From Minutocellus sp. GHC0000111 (taxonomy: Eukaryota), in the NCBI GenBank assembly GCA_977018835.1, contig OZ361259.1, positions 4,278,001 through 4,342,000 of the forward strand: 64,000 nt of DNA. Reading direction: 5' to 3'. Under the pieces are notes generated by a model. The model saw only the letters and a list, made by a program, of their open reading frames with translations. It was not told where the DNA came from and searched no databases. Position 1 is the stretch's first letter, and each line of letters opens with the position of its first letter. The position numbers and the translations under genes were made by a program. Below are positions 47,643 to 59,865 of this stretch, in pieces.

Positions 47643-50327
47643 ATGACCAGCACAACATCATCATCCCGGAAGCTCAGCAACGCCGACGCGGCTCTGGCCC
47701 TCGAGCAGGAGGCGGCCGAGGAGGCCGACAAGCGCCGCCGCCGACGGGCTCAGTTCGGAGACTGCGCCCTCGTGGAGATCGTTCATTTGCATGACTGCCT
47801 CCGCGGTGCCCTCGGCGCCCTCCAGCGCGACGTCAACGATCTGAGCGCCACCCTCTCCGCTCAGCAGCAGCAAGACGGAAAAGCAGCACATGTTACGGCC
47901 GATGCCGATGCCGACGCCGGCAACGAGGCTGCTGCTGCCGCTACTGATAATACCGACGCCTCCATCGATCGGATTGCCGACATTGAACGTCGCGTCGCCG
48001 GCCGCTTCAAGGTCATCTGGTCCGTCTTCCAGGCCCACAGCGCGGCCGAGGACGAGTTCATCTGGCCGGCCCTCCAGAAGAAGCAGGCCAGCCTCGACGC
48101 CGCCGCGGACGGGGAATCAGGCGCGGCGAATGATGCGGTTGCTGCCGCCGCTGGTGGTGAGGAGAATAATAATAATGACAATAACGGCAACCGGCAACAA
48201 TATCTTCCGGCTCCGGTGGATGTAGCGGCGGCAGCCGGCGCAGCAGCAGGTGCTGCCGCCGGAGCCAGCGGTCCTTCCTCGCCGTGCATCATCGAGCAAG
48301 AGGAGTACGAGGAGGATCATGCCAACGAGGAGCGCATGTTTGAGACGATGGACTCGCTCCTCACCCGTCTGCGCAAGGGCCTGTCCGAGCAGCGTCGCCG
48401 GTCGTCGTCCATGGCCAAGGCAGCAGCCGAAAATGCCAATGCTCCCTCTTCCGTTTCCACCGCAGTAGAGGCCGACGCCAGCCCCAGCACAGCTGTCGAA
48501 GGTACCGATATTGAGGTTCACGAGATGGCGCAAAAGATCGATGAGATCACCCACCACCTCAAGGAGCATTTGTTTTCCCACCTCGACAAGGAGGAGACCC
48601 ACTGCATGCCCCTGGTCGTCAAGCATTTGAACAAGGAGGAGATTCACGAGCTGGTGGGCAAAATTATGGGCAAACGGTCCAGTGATCAGATGTACAACAT
48701 TATGGACATGGCGGTCCAGAATCTAAGTCCGGAAGATCGGGAGGAGATGGTCCGCTACATGAAACAGGCCATGTATGGGACGTTCTTCGAACGTTGGTTG
48801 ACCATGAGTGGATGGGGTAAGGAAGAGGAGGAAGGTAGTGAGGATGAAAAGGACAACAAGTCCGATGATGGCGATGACGAGCGCACCGATGGAGATAAAA
48901 AGCCCGCGGCCAAGTCTGAAGAAGAGCTCCGCAGGGCAAGGTCAGAAAGTTCGACCGACGGTGGTGATGCCAACGCCACCAACGCATGCCCTATCGCGTC
49001 GGGCGACGCAACTTCCTTGGCCGAGCTATGCCCTACCTGCGCCCCTGCTGGACAGTGTCTTGGTCAGGCCAACTCCGCCGCTGCCGCTACTACTGCCGGC
49101 GATACTGCAGCAGCTGCTGCCGCCGCTGCTTCTGCCCAAGAGCAAGATGACGATCTACCGGAACCCACATCGCAGGAAGAGCTCGAAAAGCTTATTCGAG
49201 CCGTCGCTACCAATCCGAGCCTTACTGCCATCCAAAAGAGTACCACTATCCAAGGCCTACGCGATTCGGTCCACAAAAGCCAATTGGAGCGCAAAAGGAA
49301 GCTGGAAGAAATGAGCAACGAAACGTCAGCGGCGGCCGCTCACTTGGCTCGCGCCAGACGGGTAACTCCTCCGTCGTCGTACTGGAAGAAGAAGCGAGAT
49401 GGTACAATTGAATTGATCTGGAGCAGCGATTCTCCCAATGCCAGATTCCCACCCGATGAGCTATCTGTACCGCTTTTTTCGGCTTCGGAGCTTGCCCCGA
49501 CATACTTTGATGGAGCCACTTCGGCCGTCTTGGGATGTCCACATTATGCCCGAAGCTGCAAGGTCCGCCACCCCGCCTCGGGTCGGCTCTACACCTGCCG
49601 TCACTGCTGTGAACAGGATAGGGAGATGCCGATGAAGGAGCAAGATTCTCCCCTGGACCGTTATGAAGTGAAGGAAATCTTTTGCATGAAATGCAACGCA
49701 CTGCAGCCAGTTGGTGAGAAGTGTTGCAACCCCAAGTGCGGTACCAAGTTCGCCCGGTGGTTTTGCAAGTACTGCAATCTATTTGACGATAGTCCTTCGA
49801 AGCAAATCTATCACTGCCCATTCTGCAACGTCTGTCGCGCTGGAAGAGGACTCGGTATCGATTACCGCCACTGCATGCGTTGCAATGCGTGCGTATCTAT
49901 GGCCGAGAAGCACGAGAAACGACACAATTGCATCTCTCAAAAGCTACAGGGCAATTGCCCCATCTGCCACGAGGGCATGTTCCAGACTATCAAACCCCTA
50001 CGAGCACTTCGTTGCGGACATGTCATGCATTTGCAGTGCTTTTCCATGCACGTCCGATCGGGACAATGGACCTGCCCACTCTGCAAAAAGAGCGTCGAAG
50101 ATATGAGTGAATACTTTGCCCAGATCGATGCCGCCGTGCGTATGCAGCCCATGCCCGCGTCCTATGCCGGCACCATGAGCAACATCTATTGTCAGGATTG
50201 CTGCAAATCTTGCGTTGTTCCGTACCACTTCGTTGGCATCAAGTGTTCTCATTGTGGAAGCTACAACACCAGAGAGCTCAGCCGAGGAGTAGAGAGTGCT
50301 GGAGGGGCGTCAAGTCAATCTTCATAG
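47643..50327 (+). CDS. Hemerythrin + CHY zinc finger + RING + zinc-ribbon E3 ligase (BRUTUS/HRZ-like)
   Basis: HHE motifs HDCLR, HSAAEDEFIWPAL, EEDHANEE and HLDKEETHCMPL; GCPHYARSC; IYHCPFCNVCR; CPICHE..CGHVMHLQC..CPLC; CQDC..CSHCGSYNT. Confidence 0.9.
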   Translation: MTSTTSSSRKLSNADAALALEQEAAEEADKRRRRRAQFGDCALVEIVHLHDCLRGALGALQRDVNDLSATLSAQQQQDGKAAHVTADADADAGNEAAAAATDNTDASIDRIADIERRVAGRFKVIWSVFQAHSAAEDEFIWPALQKKQASLDAAADGESGAANDAVAAAAGGEENNNNDNNGNRQQYLPAPVDVAAAAGAAAGAAAGASGPSSPCIIEQEEYEEDHANEERMFETMDSLLTRLRKGLSEQRRRSSSMAKAAAENANAPSSVSTAVEADASPSTAVEGTDIEVHEMAQKIDEITHHLKEHLFSHLDKEETHCMPLVVKHLNKEEIHELVGKIMGKRSSDQMYNIMDMAVQNLSPEDREEMVRYMKQAMYGTFFERWLTMSGWGKEEEEGSEDEKDNKSDDGDDERTDGDKKPAAKSEEELRRARSESSTDGGDANATNACPIASGDATSLAELCPTCAPAGQCLGQANSAAAATTAGDTAAAAAAAASAQEQDDDLPEPTSQEELEKLIRAVATNPSLTAIQKSTTIQGLRDSVHKSQLERKRKLEEMSNETSAAAAHLARARRVTPPSSYWKKKRDGTIELIWSSDSPNARFPPDELSVPLFSASELAPTYFDGATSAVLGCPHYARSCKVRHPASGRLYTCRHCCEQDREMPMKEQDSPLDRYEVKEIFCMKCNALQPVGEKCCNPKCGTKFARWFCKYCNLFDDSPSKQIYHCPFCNVCRAGRGLGIDYRHCMRCNACVSMAEKHEKRHNCISQKLQGNCPICHEGMFQTIKPLRALRCGHVMHLQCFSMHVRSGQWTCPLCKKSVEDMSEYFAQIDAAVRMQPMPASYAGTMSNIYCQDCCKSCVVPYHFVGIKCSHCGSYNTRELSRGVESAGGASSQSS

Positions 50328-50391
50328 AATTGCGAGAAGCACAAAATACCTACTAGTATTTACTACATTAGAGATTATTTTCATGCATGAA

Positions 50392-51996
50392 CACATGTAG
50401 CCAGGGTTACTGGTAAGTACTTTTGGCCGGCCGGCCGGGCGGACTATGAAAAAATGAACTGATTTTTTTCAGTACAAAAACTCCAGCCAACGGGGCGCTT
50501 CCCCTGAAACAGAACGTGAACGGTAGAACAGCAGGCAGAAGCACAGAGTCAACTTTGATGATACCCCCACATGCATGTACTCCAGTTGCTGGGCTGTCTC
50601 GTCGTGGTGTTTCGCACGGTAAAAAATTCAAAAAATTGAGGGAGAAAGGCCGTCAAAATCTCCCTACGGGAAACCTGCAACAGATTGGTAGTGTAATGAA
50701 TCTTATAAAGAACGCAGAAGTCCGATCGCATCTTCTTACCTACAGTCCGTCCCCGAAAATCGTGCTAGAGTAATTCTCGTAAGTTGCGCAACAACCAAAG
50801 CAAAAGCACTGCATGTTTGGTAAGCAAGTGCATCGACGATGTCAAAAATCAAGAAAATGTTGGAATGTGACATGTCAATGTGCTCCCCATGACTAGCACA
50901 TGTAGAACACAAATCCATGCTGTTTGGTTACATGCCTTCTCATGGAGCGGCGTAATTGAGGTCACCATTTTGGAGGCACATTTGCGGGACCAAATGACTT
51001 TGTCACGTGAAAGCATGAGGGGTTTGGTCCCGAAAACCAAATGTGACTCAATCGACCCAAACCCACACGACGACTTTTTCCCGTTTGCTCCTTGTGGGCG
51101 GTCACATTTTGAGAGAACGGAAAAGAACTGGAAAGCTAAACTCAACAGGCACACAGCAGACCCCCGCCCGCGTGTGCCTAAAAAAGAGCTCCAAAAACTC
51201 CGAAAACTGAATGAGACATAAAACCGCCCAGCGACGGCAGTCAGTGCCTTTTTTTAGCAACCGCACAGTAAAATTAATGCAGGCCTCAATCTTTTGGGGT
51301 GCCCCTTTTGAGGCCGGATTTGGACAGATCTCGTCATCCTGTGTCAGAGAAAACTTGGTCCGGTCGAAAACATTTATCGGGAAGTTGAGATGTCTAGCTA
51401 GGAAAAACTGAGTCAAGGGTGTCGGGTTGAATTTTAATTCATGCATGCTCACAAGTTGCGCAACGCATTTTTACGCGGTGAAAGCTAGCAGTAGCGTAGT
51501 AGCTGACGTTTGCTGTTCGGAAGGAATCAAAAAAGGAAAACAAGAACGCGCGAAAGCCGAAAAGCGTGTTGAGCTCTCGGCTTCAAGCGGCTGATCGATT
51601 ATTTTCCCTGAGTGACACCTTACTGATCAATTATTTCACTGGCTGATCCAACATTTTCAGCTGCCTTTGAAGCCAATCTCGACACGATTTTCGACTTTGG
51701 CTCTTTTTGTTTTCGTTTTTCGATTCCTTCCGAGGTTGGTCTAGTGGCGGGCGTTGTCGGCGGGCCGGTTGGTCTTGTGGGAGCAGTGCACAATGCGCAT
51801 CTTGCACATGGCAAAAGTAAGAGGGAAATGTTCTTTCCTTAGCATTTTTACATCACGTGCTGCCCAGTTTCTACCCCTTTTGAAAGTAGTCGAAGGTCCG
51901 GAAAAACACCCCTTTCTGCGAAAAAAAAAATTGCCGTTCCGTCGTTGGCCAACTGGCGTGTGAGGGGTCACTTCAGTACCAGCCTGGCTACACGTG
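50392..51996. mobile_element. Putative non-autonomous DNA transposon, about 1.6 kb
   Basis: Terminal inverted repeat CACATGTAGCCAGG / CCTGGCTACACGTG (13 of 14 match), AA on both flanks, and no long ORF inside. Confidence 0.6.
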
Positions 51997-52075
51997 AATA
52001 GAAATGATCGCATGCATTCCCTCTTCTAGCTACGTAGCTTCAACATAGTAAAATTAAGAAAGTTAGTTACGTATC

Positions 52076-54824
52076 TTACATGTCGTCGTCATCAGGCCCT
52101 GCCATGACAATGCCGGGCATTTCGCCAAGAGAGTCTGAGTCGGAGTCGTCTCTTCCCATCTTAGCAAACGAATTTGCCTCAGCTATAGTACTTGAAGGTT
52201 TGGGATCGCTCTCTCTTTTGGGCGCACTTGGCTTATGATCTTTGGCCTCAGTATTCTCAGCCTCCTTCTTGTTGTCGTTGACATTGCCATTATTTTCTAC
52301 CTCCATCGATTCAAGCCCACTTTCTTTCGCCGAATCTGCAGTTTTGTCCTTGCGAACGTCTTCCTCATCGATGGTTTCTTCAGGACTATCTTCGGCAGGA
52401 TTGTTATTATCGTTTGCCTTGACTGTTCCTTCGGCTTCGGATTCTTCTCGCCGAGACTCTCCTTTCTTCTGCTTCTTCGGATCTCTGAGTTCGATTGCTT
52501 TTGGAGCAAGATCGGTGGGCTTGGATTTGCGTTTTTCGCCTGATTTGGCTTTTTCTTGGTCGGCAGATTCGTCTGTGGGGATGGTAGTGGCCGACCGAAC
52601 CTCTTTCTTCGCAGCCTCGATGCCTCCCAAAATATCAGAAGCTGTGAACGCCGACTGAACGGGTTTCCCTTCTTGTGCCATGTAAGCATAACCATCGTCA
52701 ACTCCACTACTCCTTGTGATGACGGCCATTGGGGGCGCCCGGGGAACTGCGATAGCGTCACAAAGGCATATGGCAGAGTATGCTGCGGCGGCGACTTCGC
52801 TGTCGTTGTCTCGCTTGAGTGATTCAGCAGTCCTTCTCAACGACCCGATGAGACTGCTCCCGGCGCCATCAGACCACGGTGCACAGATGGAGGTACTGGC
52901 AAATTTAATCAAAGAACACTTTGCCGATGAGTAGGATAATGCTGGCCCAGCGGTACTACTGATAGATTTGTCTGACAGAGCAGTGAGGCAGGTTCCAGCG
53001 ACAGATTCAATAGTGGATCTGGTATTGACGTCAAGATAAGGTCCAGCCACTGAAAGGGCAGTTTCAAGGGCCTTGGCACATTCACAAACCTGCCCAATTC
53101 TATCGGAAAGAGTTCCCCAGTCGGCTTCGGGGGGTGCATCATGTGCGTTTGTCTGTTCAAGAAGGCAACCAGAAACAAAGATCAGACTCTTTGCGAAAAA
53201 AACTGCCCTCTGAAGACAAGGCAATGCTCGGACCTGTCCTCAGCATGGCATTTCCAAAGGATCTAATTGACATTTTTCGAAGACGAAGAGAGTCGTGGAG
53301 CCATCTTCGCCCTCGCTTTCCATCTGCACGCATCGCTGGTGTACCGACCGGGTCAATGCTTCGCTTTAATGCGTACGAGCAACTGGATTGCAGAGAGCTG
53401 GAAGCCAGACGCATGATACGCCCACCATGAATGATGCCAGAGCTACTAGCCGACGATACAATTCGATCGAATAGGTCTAATCCATCGCCTTTGACGCCAT
53501 TTGCGACCGCCATGGCCGAGCTTGGACTCAAGACACCATTCTCGATGGAAATGTCGCGCAACTTCGATTTGGTTGATAGGTAGCGGGCTTCGGCAGCCGA
53601 CGGGAACGCCAACATGAGCTCGACTAGATCCAATAAGCCTCCAATGGGAATGGAAGCACAAGATACCGAGCCTTCGGATGGGCAACCGTCACACCCCTCG
53701 AGATCCAAGAGGCTTTTTAGGATAGAAGAATAACCGTCAATTCGCCGGAGGAATTCGTTCGTCCGGTCCTCTTGGCTTGCCATTGATTTATCGACAAGAT
53801 CCACCCAAGCCTGATCATTAGAATCCACATATTGCCTCGCCTTGGACGCTGATTTATGCATTGGAAAGAATATGCTCAATACAAGAGTCAAAGACTTCGT
53901 TGCTTTCACGATAGCGTCGGTCCACAATATTCCTGGCGATGTTCCATCTGCATTGCCTGCCAAAGGTGTCGCGGCCAATAATGTCGCAGCTGCTTGGATG
54001 CTGTGCTTCGCTTTTGTTGTTCCATCTGCTCCGAAATTAAACATTGCCTCAGTGGCAGTCGATACAATCTTTTCCGTCGTTGCCGTGCTTCTAGATAGGC
54101 GTGTCCCCATCAAGATGATGATAGACGATGCAGCTCGATGACACGATGCAAGTGCCTCCATCGAGCCACTTTCAAGCAGTTGTGATGCAATATTGCCGAG
54201 ACCGCTCAACAGCTGGGGACATGCCACCAGTAGCAACTCGCATTCTGCATTGATGCAGGACGAACCACTGGACGAGTAGGTGGTAACGTGCCGACAGATT
54301 GCCAGCAAAACTTCGGCAGCTTGCTGAACAGCTCCATCGGGCAAGGTATTGGCGGCAGCTGCCGACTTGCCCGCTTTGAGGATGCGGCCCAGACCAATAA
54401 GTAGCAGGACCTCATCATCGAGGATGCCCTTCCCAATGTGAGAGGGTGATCCGTCAACAAAGTTGGATGTTTTGCTGGACGATGCGCCACCGCCGCCACC
54501 TCCCTTCTTGCGTCTCTTGCCACCTCCTCCATCATTCTGCCCAACGCCGCCGTTTCCTCCTCCGTTGCTGCCGACTTCCGATAGCTTGGTCAAATATGCC
54601 TCGGCACGGGACGTATCACCTCGGAGCAATCCTCGTCGCGACACAATCAATCGAAGGTCGGTAAGCGCCGACAGGAGATCGCTGGCTGCATGTTGGGAGT
54701 CCTTCTCGTTCGATGCCTTTTGTGCCAGTGACAGCTTCGATACCAGAGCTCGACCGATGAGGGGACCGTCAGCCGTAGCCGTCGCCTTTCCGCTTGGGGG
54801 CTTCGGTGGGGTGAGAACATTCAT
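52076..54824 (-). CDS. RIX1/PELP1-like pre-rRNA processing protein with a +1 frameshift in the A7 run at 53196-53202
   Basis: Two overlapping helical-repeat ORFs join if one base is removed. AIAVPRAPP motif and an acidic tail ending MPGIVMAGPDDDDM. Confidence 0.6.
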
Positions 54825-55046
54825 GGTTGCTGATACCAACCAAGGTATTTGTGTGGAAGATTACTTTGCAGGCAATTGTGGCAGACCAGGGAGCACGCAG
54901 CGAGTCAGACCGCCCTCGAAAATAAGCCCTTCAACCTTCAATCGATTGTGGCGACGCGCCCGAAGCAAAAAGCCGAGCAAAAGCAAAAACTTGGGCGGTT
55001 CGCAGCGTCTCTGTGGTCTTTCCGTCGCTCGCTACTTGGCCCGGCC

Positions 55047-58042
55047 ATGTAATTCTCAAAAATCACAAATTGCTAGTTTATTTTCACAAGTGTTCTCGCG
55101 AACACCCTTCATCATGTGAAAGAAGCACATGAGAAACCGCACCGTTCGGCGAGTGGGAGCATCTTCGTCTCCATCTCCAGCATCATCTCCAGCATCACAT
55201 GCGTCGGCCGTGGTCATGTTGGTCATCGATGACACCAAAACATTCTGCAGGACAGCAAGAAGACAGAGCGGCGAGATGAAAGTGAGACATCAGCAATGAG
55301 ATGGCACAAACGTTCAGTGGCTTAATCGCCAAGTGCAGCTTGCCAGAGCCTCGCCTTCCGTGTCAAGTGATTCGGCCACAATTTCAATGTTTGCAAGGGG
55401 ATGGTCATTGAGATGAGAAGCCTTTGTCGCACACTCGTCGTCATAGTCACCAAACACAAATTCAAATTCGACTCCGCCGTCTTCACTGCCATCATCGTCC
55501 TGGTCGCCGTCGTCACTGTCACTGTCCTGGTCGTAATCGCCATGAAGGTAACCACCGGTGCTGCTGGTCTCGGTCAAACCGGCAGAAGTAGCTTCGTCAT
55601 CATCGCAATTGTTCTGCAGGCCATCTCCGTGGTGATTCCCAGCCTCGCCACTTTTCCTCCTTGATTTCTTGGAAGCAACGACGCCGCCCGCACGGCGCTT
55701 ACCAGTAGGAGTTCGACGCTTACCAGTAGGAGCAGGGTTACCAGTGCGAGCAGGAGTTCGACGCTTACCAGCAGAATTAGTTCGACGCTTACCAGCAGGA
55801 TTAGTTCGACGCTTCACGGCCACATCCATGCCGTTCCGAATTGCGGGGGCGGCATCTGCCATGAGGTGCATCTCCTTGGGCACAGTAGGAGCAGATTTCT
55901 CCTGGGCCTCAACCACGTACTGAAAATCCTTAGCTAACGGTTATTATTAGAAGCATGTAACAAGTAAAGAAGTGGCATGGTGAGATCTACATGTAGACAC
56001 ACAGATAAAGAATAAAGAAGAATCCGCAGTAATAAAGCACCGACCTTGCTCCGTTGCCGTCAGAGACAAGATGCTGGGGTGGTAAACCCTGTTGGCATCA
56101 TCTACTCCCATGACGATGACTGGGTGCCCGGATTTCAGGAGCTTGTACATGCCATCGACGTTTCGGCGGATGGTTACCGAAAAAAGCTTGAGCAGCCTTT
56201 TGGTTGACATGACAATGTTGAAGTCGTCCGGGGAGATGATTTGGTAGGATATCACATGTGGTTCATCCTCATCCTGTGGTACCGAGGATATCTCTTGACA
56301 AAGACCCCTGATTACGCCCACTGTGTTTCGCTCATGTTCGCTTTCTCGGTGATAGTTCTTCTTGTACGTTTGAATCTGCTCAAGGGACGGGAAGCTGCCA
56401 TCGGAGAAGCAAAGGTTAAGAGACGGGTCAGACTCATTGACTATGGATCGATGAACATCTTGAGGGCTGGACCCTTTCGCAAATAAATTTTTGCAATAGT
56501 CCTTCTGCTGCGTAGTCAAACCTTCACGCTTGACACTAAAGTCGTGGCCCTGGATGCAGGATTCATGATGGGCATGGCGTATTTTCACTGTAACTTTAGC
56601 TATTCAAGAGAAGAGTAATAATTTGTTCGTTGGAGGTTCAAAAATCACACAACATGAGACTACAGGATCACATCAAAGATCACACCATGTATCAAATTGA
56701 AAAATAAATGGAATGCACGCAATGAAACATGCAGCTGTACATGTACATGTACTTACGCTCCTCCTCCAGAGTTGCAGACACTTCGACCTGGAGATTGCAT
56801 TTGTGGTGAGAGTATCCCTTGCAGCGCAGCAGGAAATATGCCTCCTTCAAGCCACTGGTGTGTCCACCTTTTGATTTCCGGAGGTTTGGAGGTCCATTCT
56901 TATTCAGCTGAGCACCAAGTTTGAGTTCAAGTATCTTCAAATTCTTTTCTCGCTCGCCGTCCGCAAACGCCATTTCTATTCTATCAACTTGGACTTGATG
57001 ACCATCCAAACCTCCTTCTAAAACTTTCCATTGGGTACCACCTTCGATGCGAGGTCCAGGCCGAAACGCCGGTACCGGTAAATCCTGCTTTCGATGATGG
57101 GCGATTGCTACGGGTGCCGGTTCTGACTTGGTGGCCGCCGTGGCCGCCGTAGCCATAGCCGTAGCACTAGGACGAACAAACATGTCGGCCAGAGTTAGTC
57201 CATCCTGCCAGGTACCACCACGCTCAATGTACCCCAACACTGCAGTGAACCGATTTTTTACATCAAAGGACGGGAGCATGTCCAGGGCCTCCGTGCGGAC
57301 AGCTTGGTTGACATCCAGGTGAGCATGGCCGACCAATTCGCCATACGACGGAAACATGACCAACAGTTTATCACGCACTTTATCGTCTGCCACTGCCACT
57401 AAAGACAAAAATCCCATAAGACGGGGATCGACGGTTGGTCTGGGCGGAACCGATTCCACGGGGATATCTTCCGGTAGCGAAACCGCAATAGCGGCGGCAG
57501 TTGCAACTGGATCGACATTACCTTCCAGATCCAAAGTGGCACCAACTTTGATCGCCGATACAAGCGCATGAGCAGACGCCACGACCTCATCGGAGCCAGG
57601 AATTCCATCGGAGTTGCCGATTTTGCTTTCCATTGCACGGCGGCGGTATTCGTTTCGAAGGGCGGGCGGAGACAATCAAAGTAACGACCGCAACGAGAGT
57701 TGGCTCGGCAGATACGACGTTGCCAGTATTATGCCGACGCGGTGCCCACCGCTGATTCGATATTGTTGGGTCGGCAACGACCGGCAACGTCAACGGCATA
57801 CATGTCCCTGACAACATCATCACCTTGATCGCGATAAAGAGAGGAAAGCGGCAAGCTTTACTGAAGCCAAAGAGGGACGCATGAATGATGTGCTCTTTTT
57901 GGGCCGGTGGGCCGGTGGGCTGTTTCGCGTCCCAGCAGCACCCTTGGACCCGTTCGACCGTATTGCCCTTACTTCCACGTGTCGACCATCTGTGGACTCT
58001 TGTGATAATTGAGATTTTCTTGGTGAAAATTGAAGCATATAT
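55047..58042 (-). mobile_element. Defective Mutator-like (MULE) element, about 3 kb
   Basis: Flanked by the direct repeat CTTGGCCCGGCC (55035-55046 and 58043-58054). ORF 55947-56588 has the MULE motif DGMYKL..GHPVIVMGVDD....HP....TATE, with an upstream CKGYSHHKC...HAH zinc-finger-like segment. Confidence 0.75.
55696..55815. repeat. Degenerate minisatellite built on (GTTCGA)CGCTTACCAG, encoding GKRRT repeats
   Basis: About 5 imperfect copies within ORF 55314-55916. Confidence 0.75.
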
Positions 58043-58131
58043 CTTGGCCCGGCCGGCTCGCGCTCGCGCGCGAGCAAACTCGCACAAATAAATTCAAATC
58101 AATCATTTCTAGAAGCCAAAATAATAATACA

Positions 58132-58463
58132 ATGCAACGCACTGCCAAGTCGGTCCCAGGCGCATTGAAACGCGTCAATAAGAAGGAGGACAACGCGGGA
58201 GGTACCTCTACCAAAGCGTCGGCAAACAGCAGCAATGCTGGAGTGACGATCATGCCTCAGCGTCCGCCGGCGTACGGCAGTCGGTGCGCTGACTCCGTCC
58301 AGTGCTGGGCCCATTCCAAGACGGGGACGCGATGCACTCGCATGGTCAAATCGCGCGAGGGAGAGCCAGTGCCCATCCCCTACTGCGATGCCCACCTTGA
58401 CAGTGGCGATGGTGCCCTCAAAGTCGTCAACCATCCGTTCGCCGGGAAGGCATTGGTTGCCAG
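58132..58463 (+). pseudogene. Orphan first exon of a Cys/His-motif protein (possibly SET-like)
   Basis: QCWAHSKTGTRC...PYCDAH...ALVAR followed by a GTAAAT donor, with no convincing downstream exon before the next gene. Confidence 0.45.
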
Positions 58464-58692
58464 GTAAATGCTTCTTTCTATGTAATGTATTCAATCTGCC
58501 CATCCCTCAGTGACCTCTCATGTATCCATATTTTCTAATACACCCTGTGCTTGCAAACTCTTGGTCGATCCTCATTCTCCTTCAACAATGAGGGATTTGT
58601 GCCGTGGATTCTTGCCATCGTCATTTGCCTCGGACGACATATTCTGCCACTGCTTTCACAGCCATTCCTCTCACCATTCAAATAGTAGTGTA

Positions 58693-59772
58693 ATGTGTTT
58701 GGTGTTCATTCATTCGTTGTTGTTTGCGGCGTTTCTGATTCAGCAGGGATGTGCCTTTTCGCCGTTTTGTCCTTTTGGTGGCGTCGAGACTCCTACTTTC
58801 TCAAGTAGAATCGCCAGATACGCCTCATCTTCTTCTTCGGAAGGTGAAGGAGATGAAGACGCAACGCCTTTCTTCGCGAGAGTACAGGATACTGAGGCAA
58901 CTGGCAAAGCGACGCCTTCAACAGTTCCAAAGATACCGCAGGCTCTAAAGACACCACCTCCCGTCGAGAAGAAACCGAAATCGTTGGAGCGAGGTTCGAC
59001 AATACAGCTCGTTCAGGGTGCGGTCAATGAAACTTTTACAGGCATCGAGAATGAGATTGAGAGACAAATAACAAGCGTCGAAAATGAAATCGAGAAGAGA
59101 ATAACTTCCGCCGAAGAGGAGGTGGAAAAGACGAGGCGGCAAGTTCTGGATAATATTGATCGAACCAAAGCCGAGGTAGAACGGCGGAAGCAAGAAGTAG
59201 AAAGAACAGTTGAAGACATCAAGGCTATCCCATCCAAAGTGAAGGTAAGCGTTGACGAGACAAAGAGAAAGGTCGATGAAACTGTGGAGACTATCGATCG
59301 AACAGCGAAGGAGATTCAAGCAATCCCAGGCAAAGCAAAACAATCGTATTTCGAGACTAGAGATCAGGCCTATGCGATTTATGACGAGCTGGTTGAAATT
59401 CCAGGAAAGGTCGAGAAAACTGTGGAAGAAACTAAAATGAAGGTTGATAATACGGTTGCAACAATCAAGGCTATTCCAGATAATGTCAAGAGGAGTATTG
59501 ATGCTGTAATCGACACAGCAAATGCTTTTAAGGATTTCACCTCGGGACTTGCAGGCGATAAGGCCAATCCTAAGAATGCGCCGAAGTCGAAGCCGAAGCC
59601 GAAGCCAAAGGTGGAGGCTCCAGCAGTGCCTGGGAAACCGGTTGAGGCTTCCGAAACCAGCACCAAAGGGGGTATTGATATCAACGACGAGATCAATGAT
59701 ATCTTGAAGCTGGCGGAGGAAGCGATACAAGGAGCTGATGATGTCTTGAGCGAATCAATCACCAAGAAGTGA
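58693..59772 (+). CDS. Plastid-targeted coiled-coil/amphipathic-repeat protein
   Basis: Signal peptide ending GCA-FSP and four I.AIP.KV repeats. Confidence 0.7.
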   Translation: MCLVFIHSLLFAAFLIQQGCAFSPFCPFGGVETPTFSSRIARYASSSSSEGEGDEDATPFFARVQDTEATGKATPSTVPKIPQALKTPPPVEKKPKSLERGSTIQLVQGAVNETFTGIENEIERQITSVENEIEKRITSAEEEVEKTRRQVLDNIDRTKAEVERRKQEVERTVEDIKAIPSKVKVSVDETKRKVDETVETIDRTAKEIQAIPGKAKQSYFETRDQAYAIYDELVEIPGKVEKTVEETKMKVDNTVATIKAIPDNVKRSIDAVIDTANAFKDFTSGLAGDKANPKNAPKSKPKPKPKVEAPAVPGKPVEASETSTKGGIDINDEINDILKLAEEAIQGADDVLSESITKK

Positions 59773-59865
59773 ATGTGAGGAAGGAGGTTATATATAATGT
59801 ATACTATTTATCGCTCAAATACTTCTTGTGGCGTTAAAGTTATCGCTATCTCGATTGTGCTGTAT

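Noticed and set aside
55696..55815. CRISPR-like array
   Set aside because: The repeats are short and degenerate, lack unique spacers, lie in a coding frame, and no cas genes are present.
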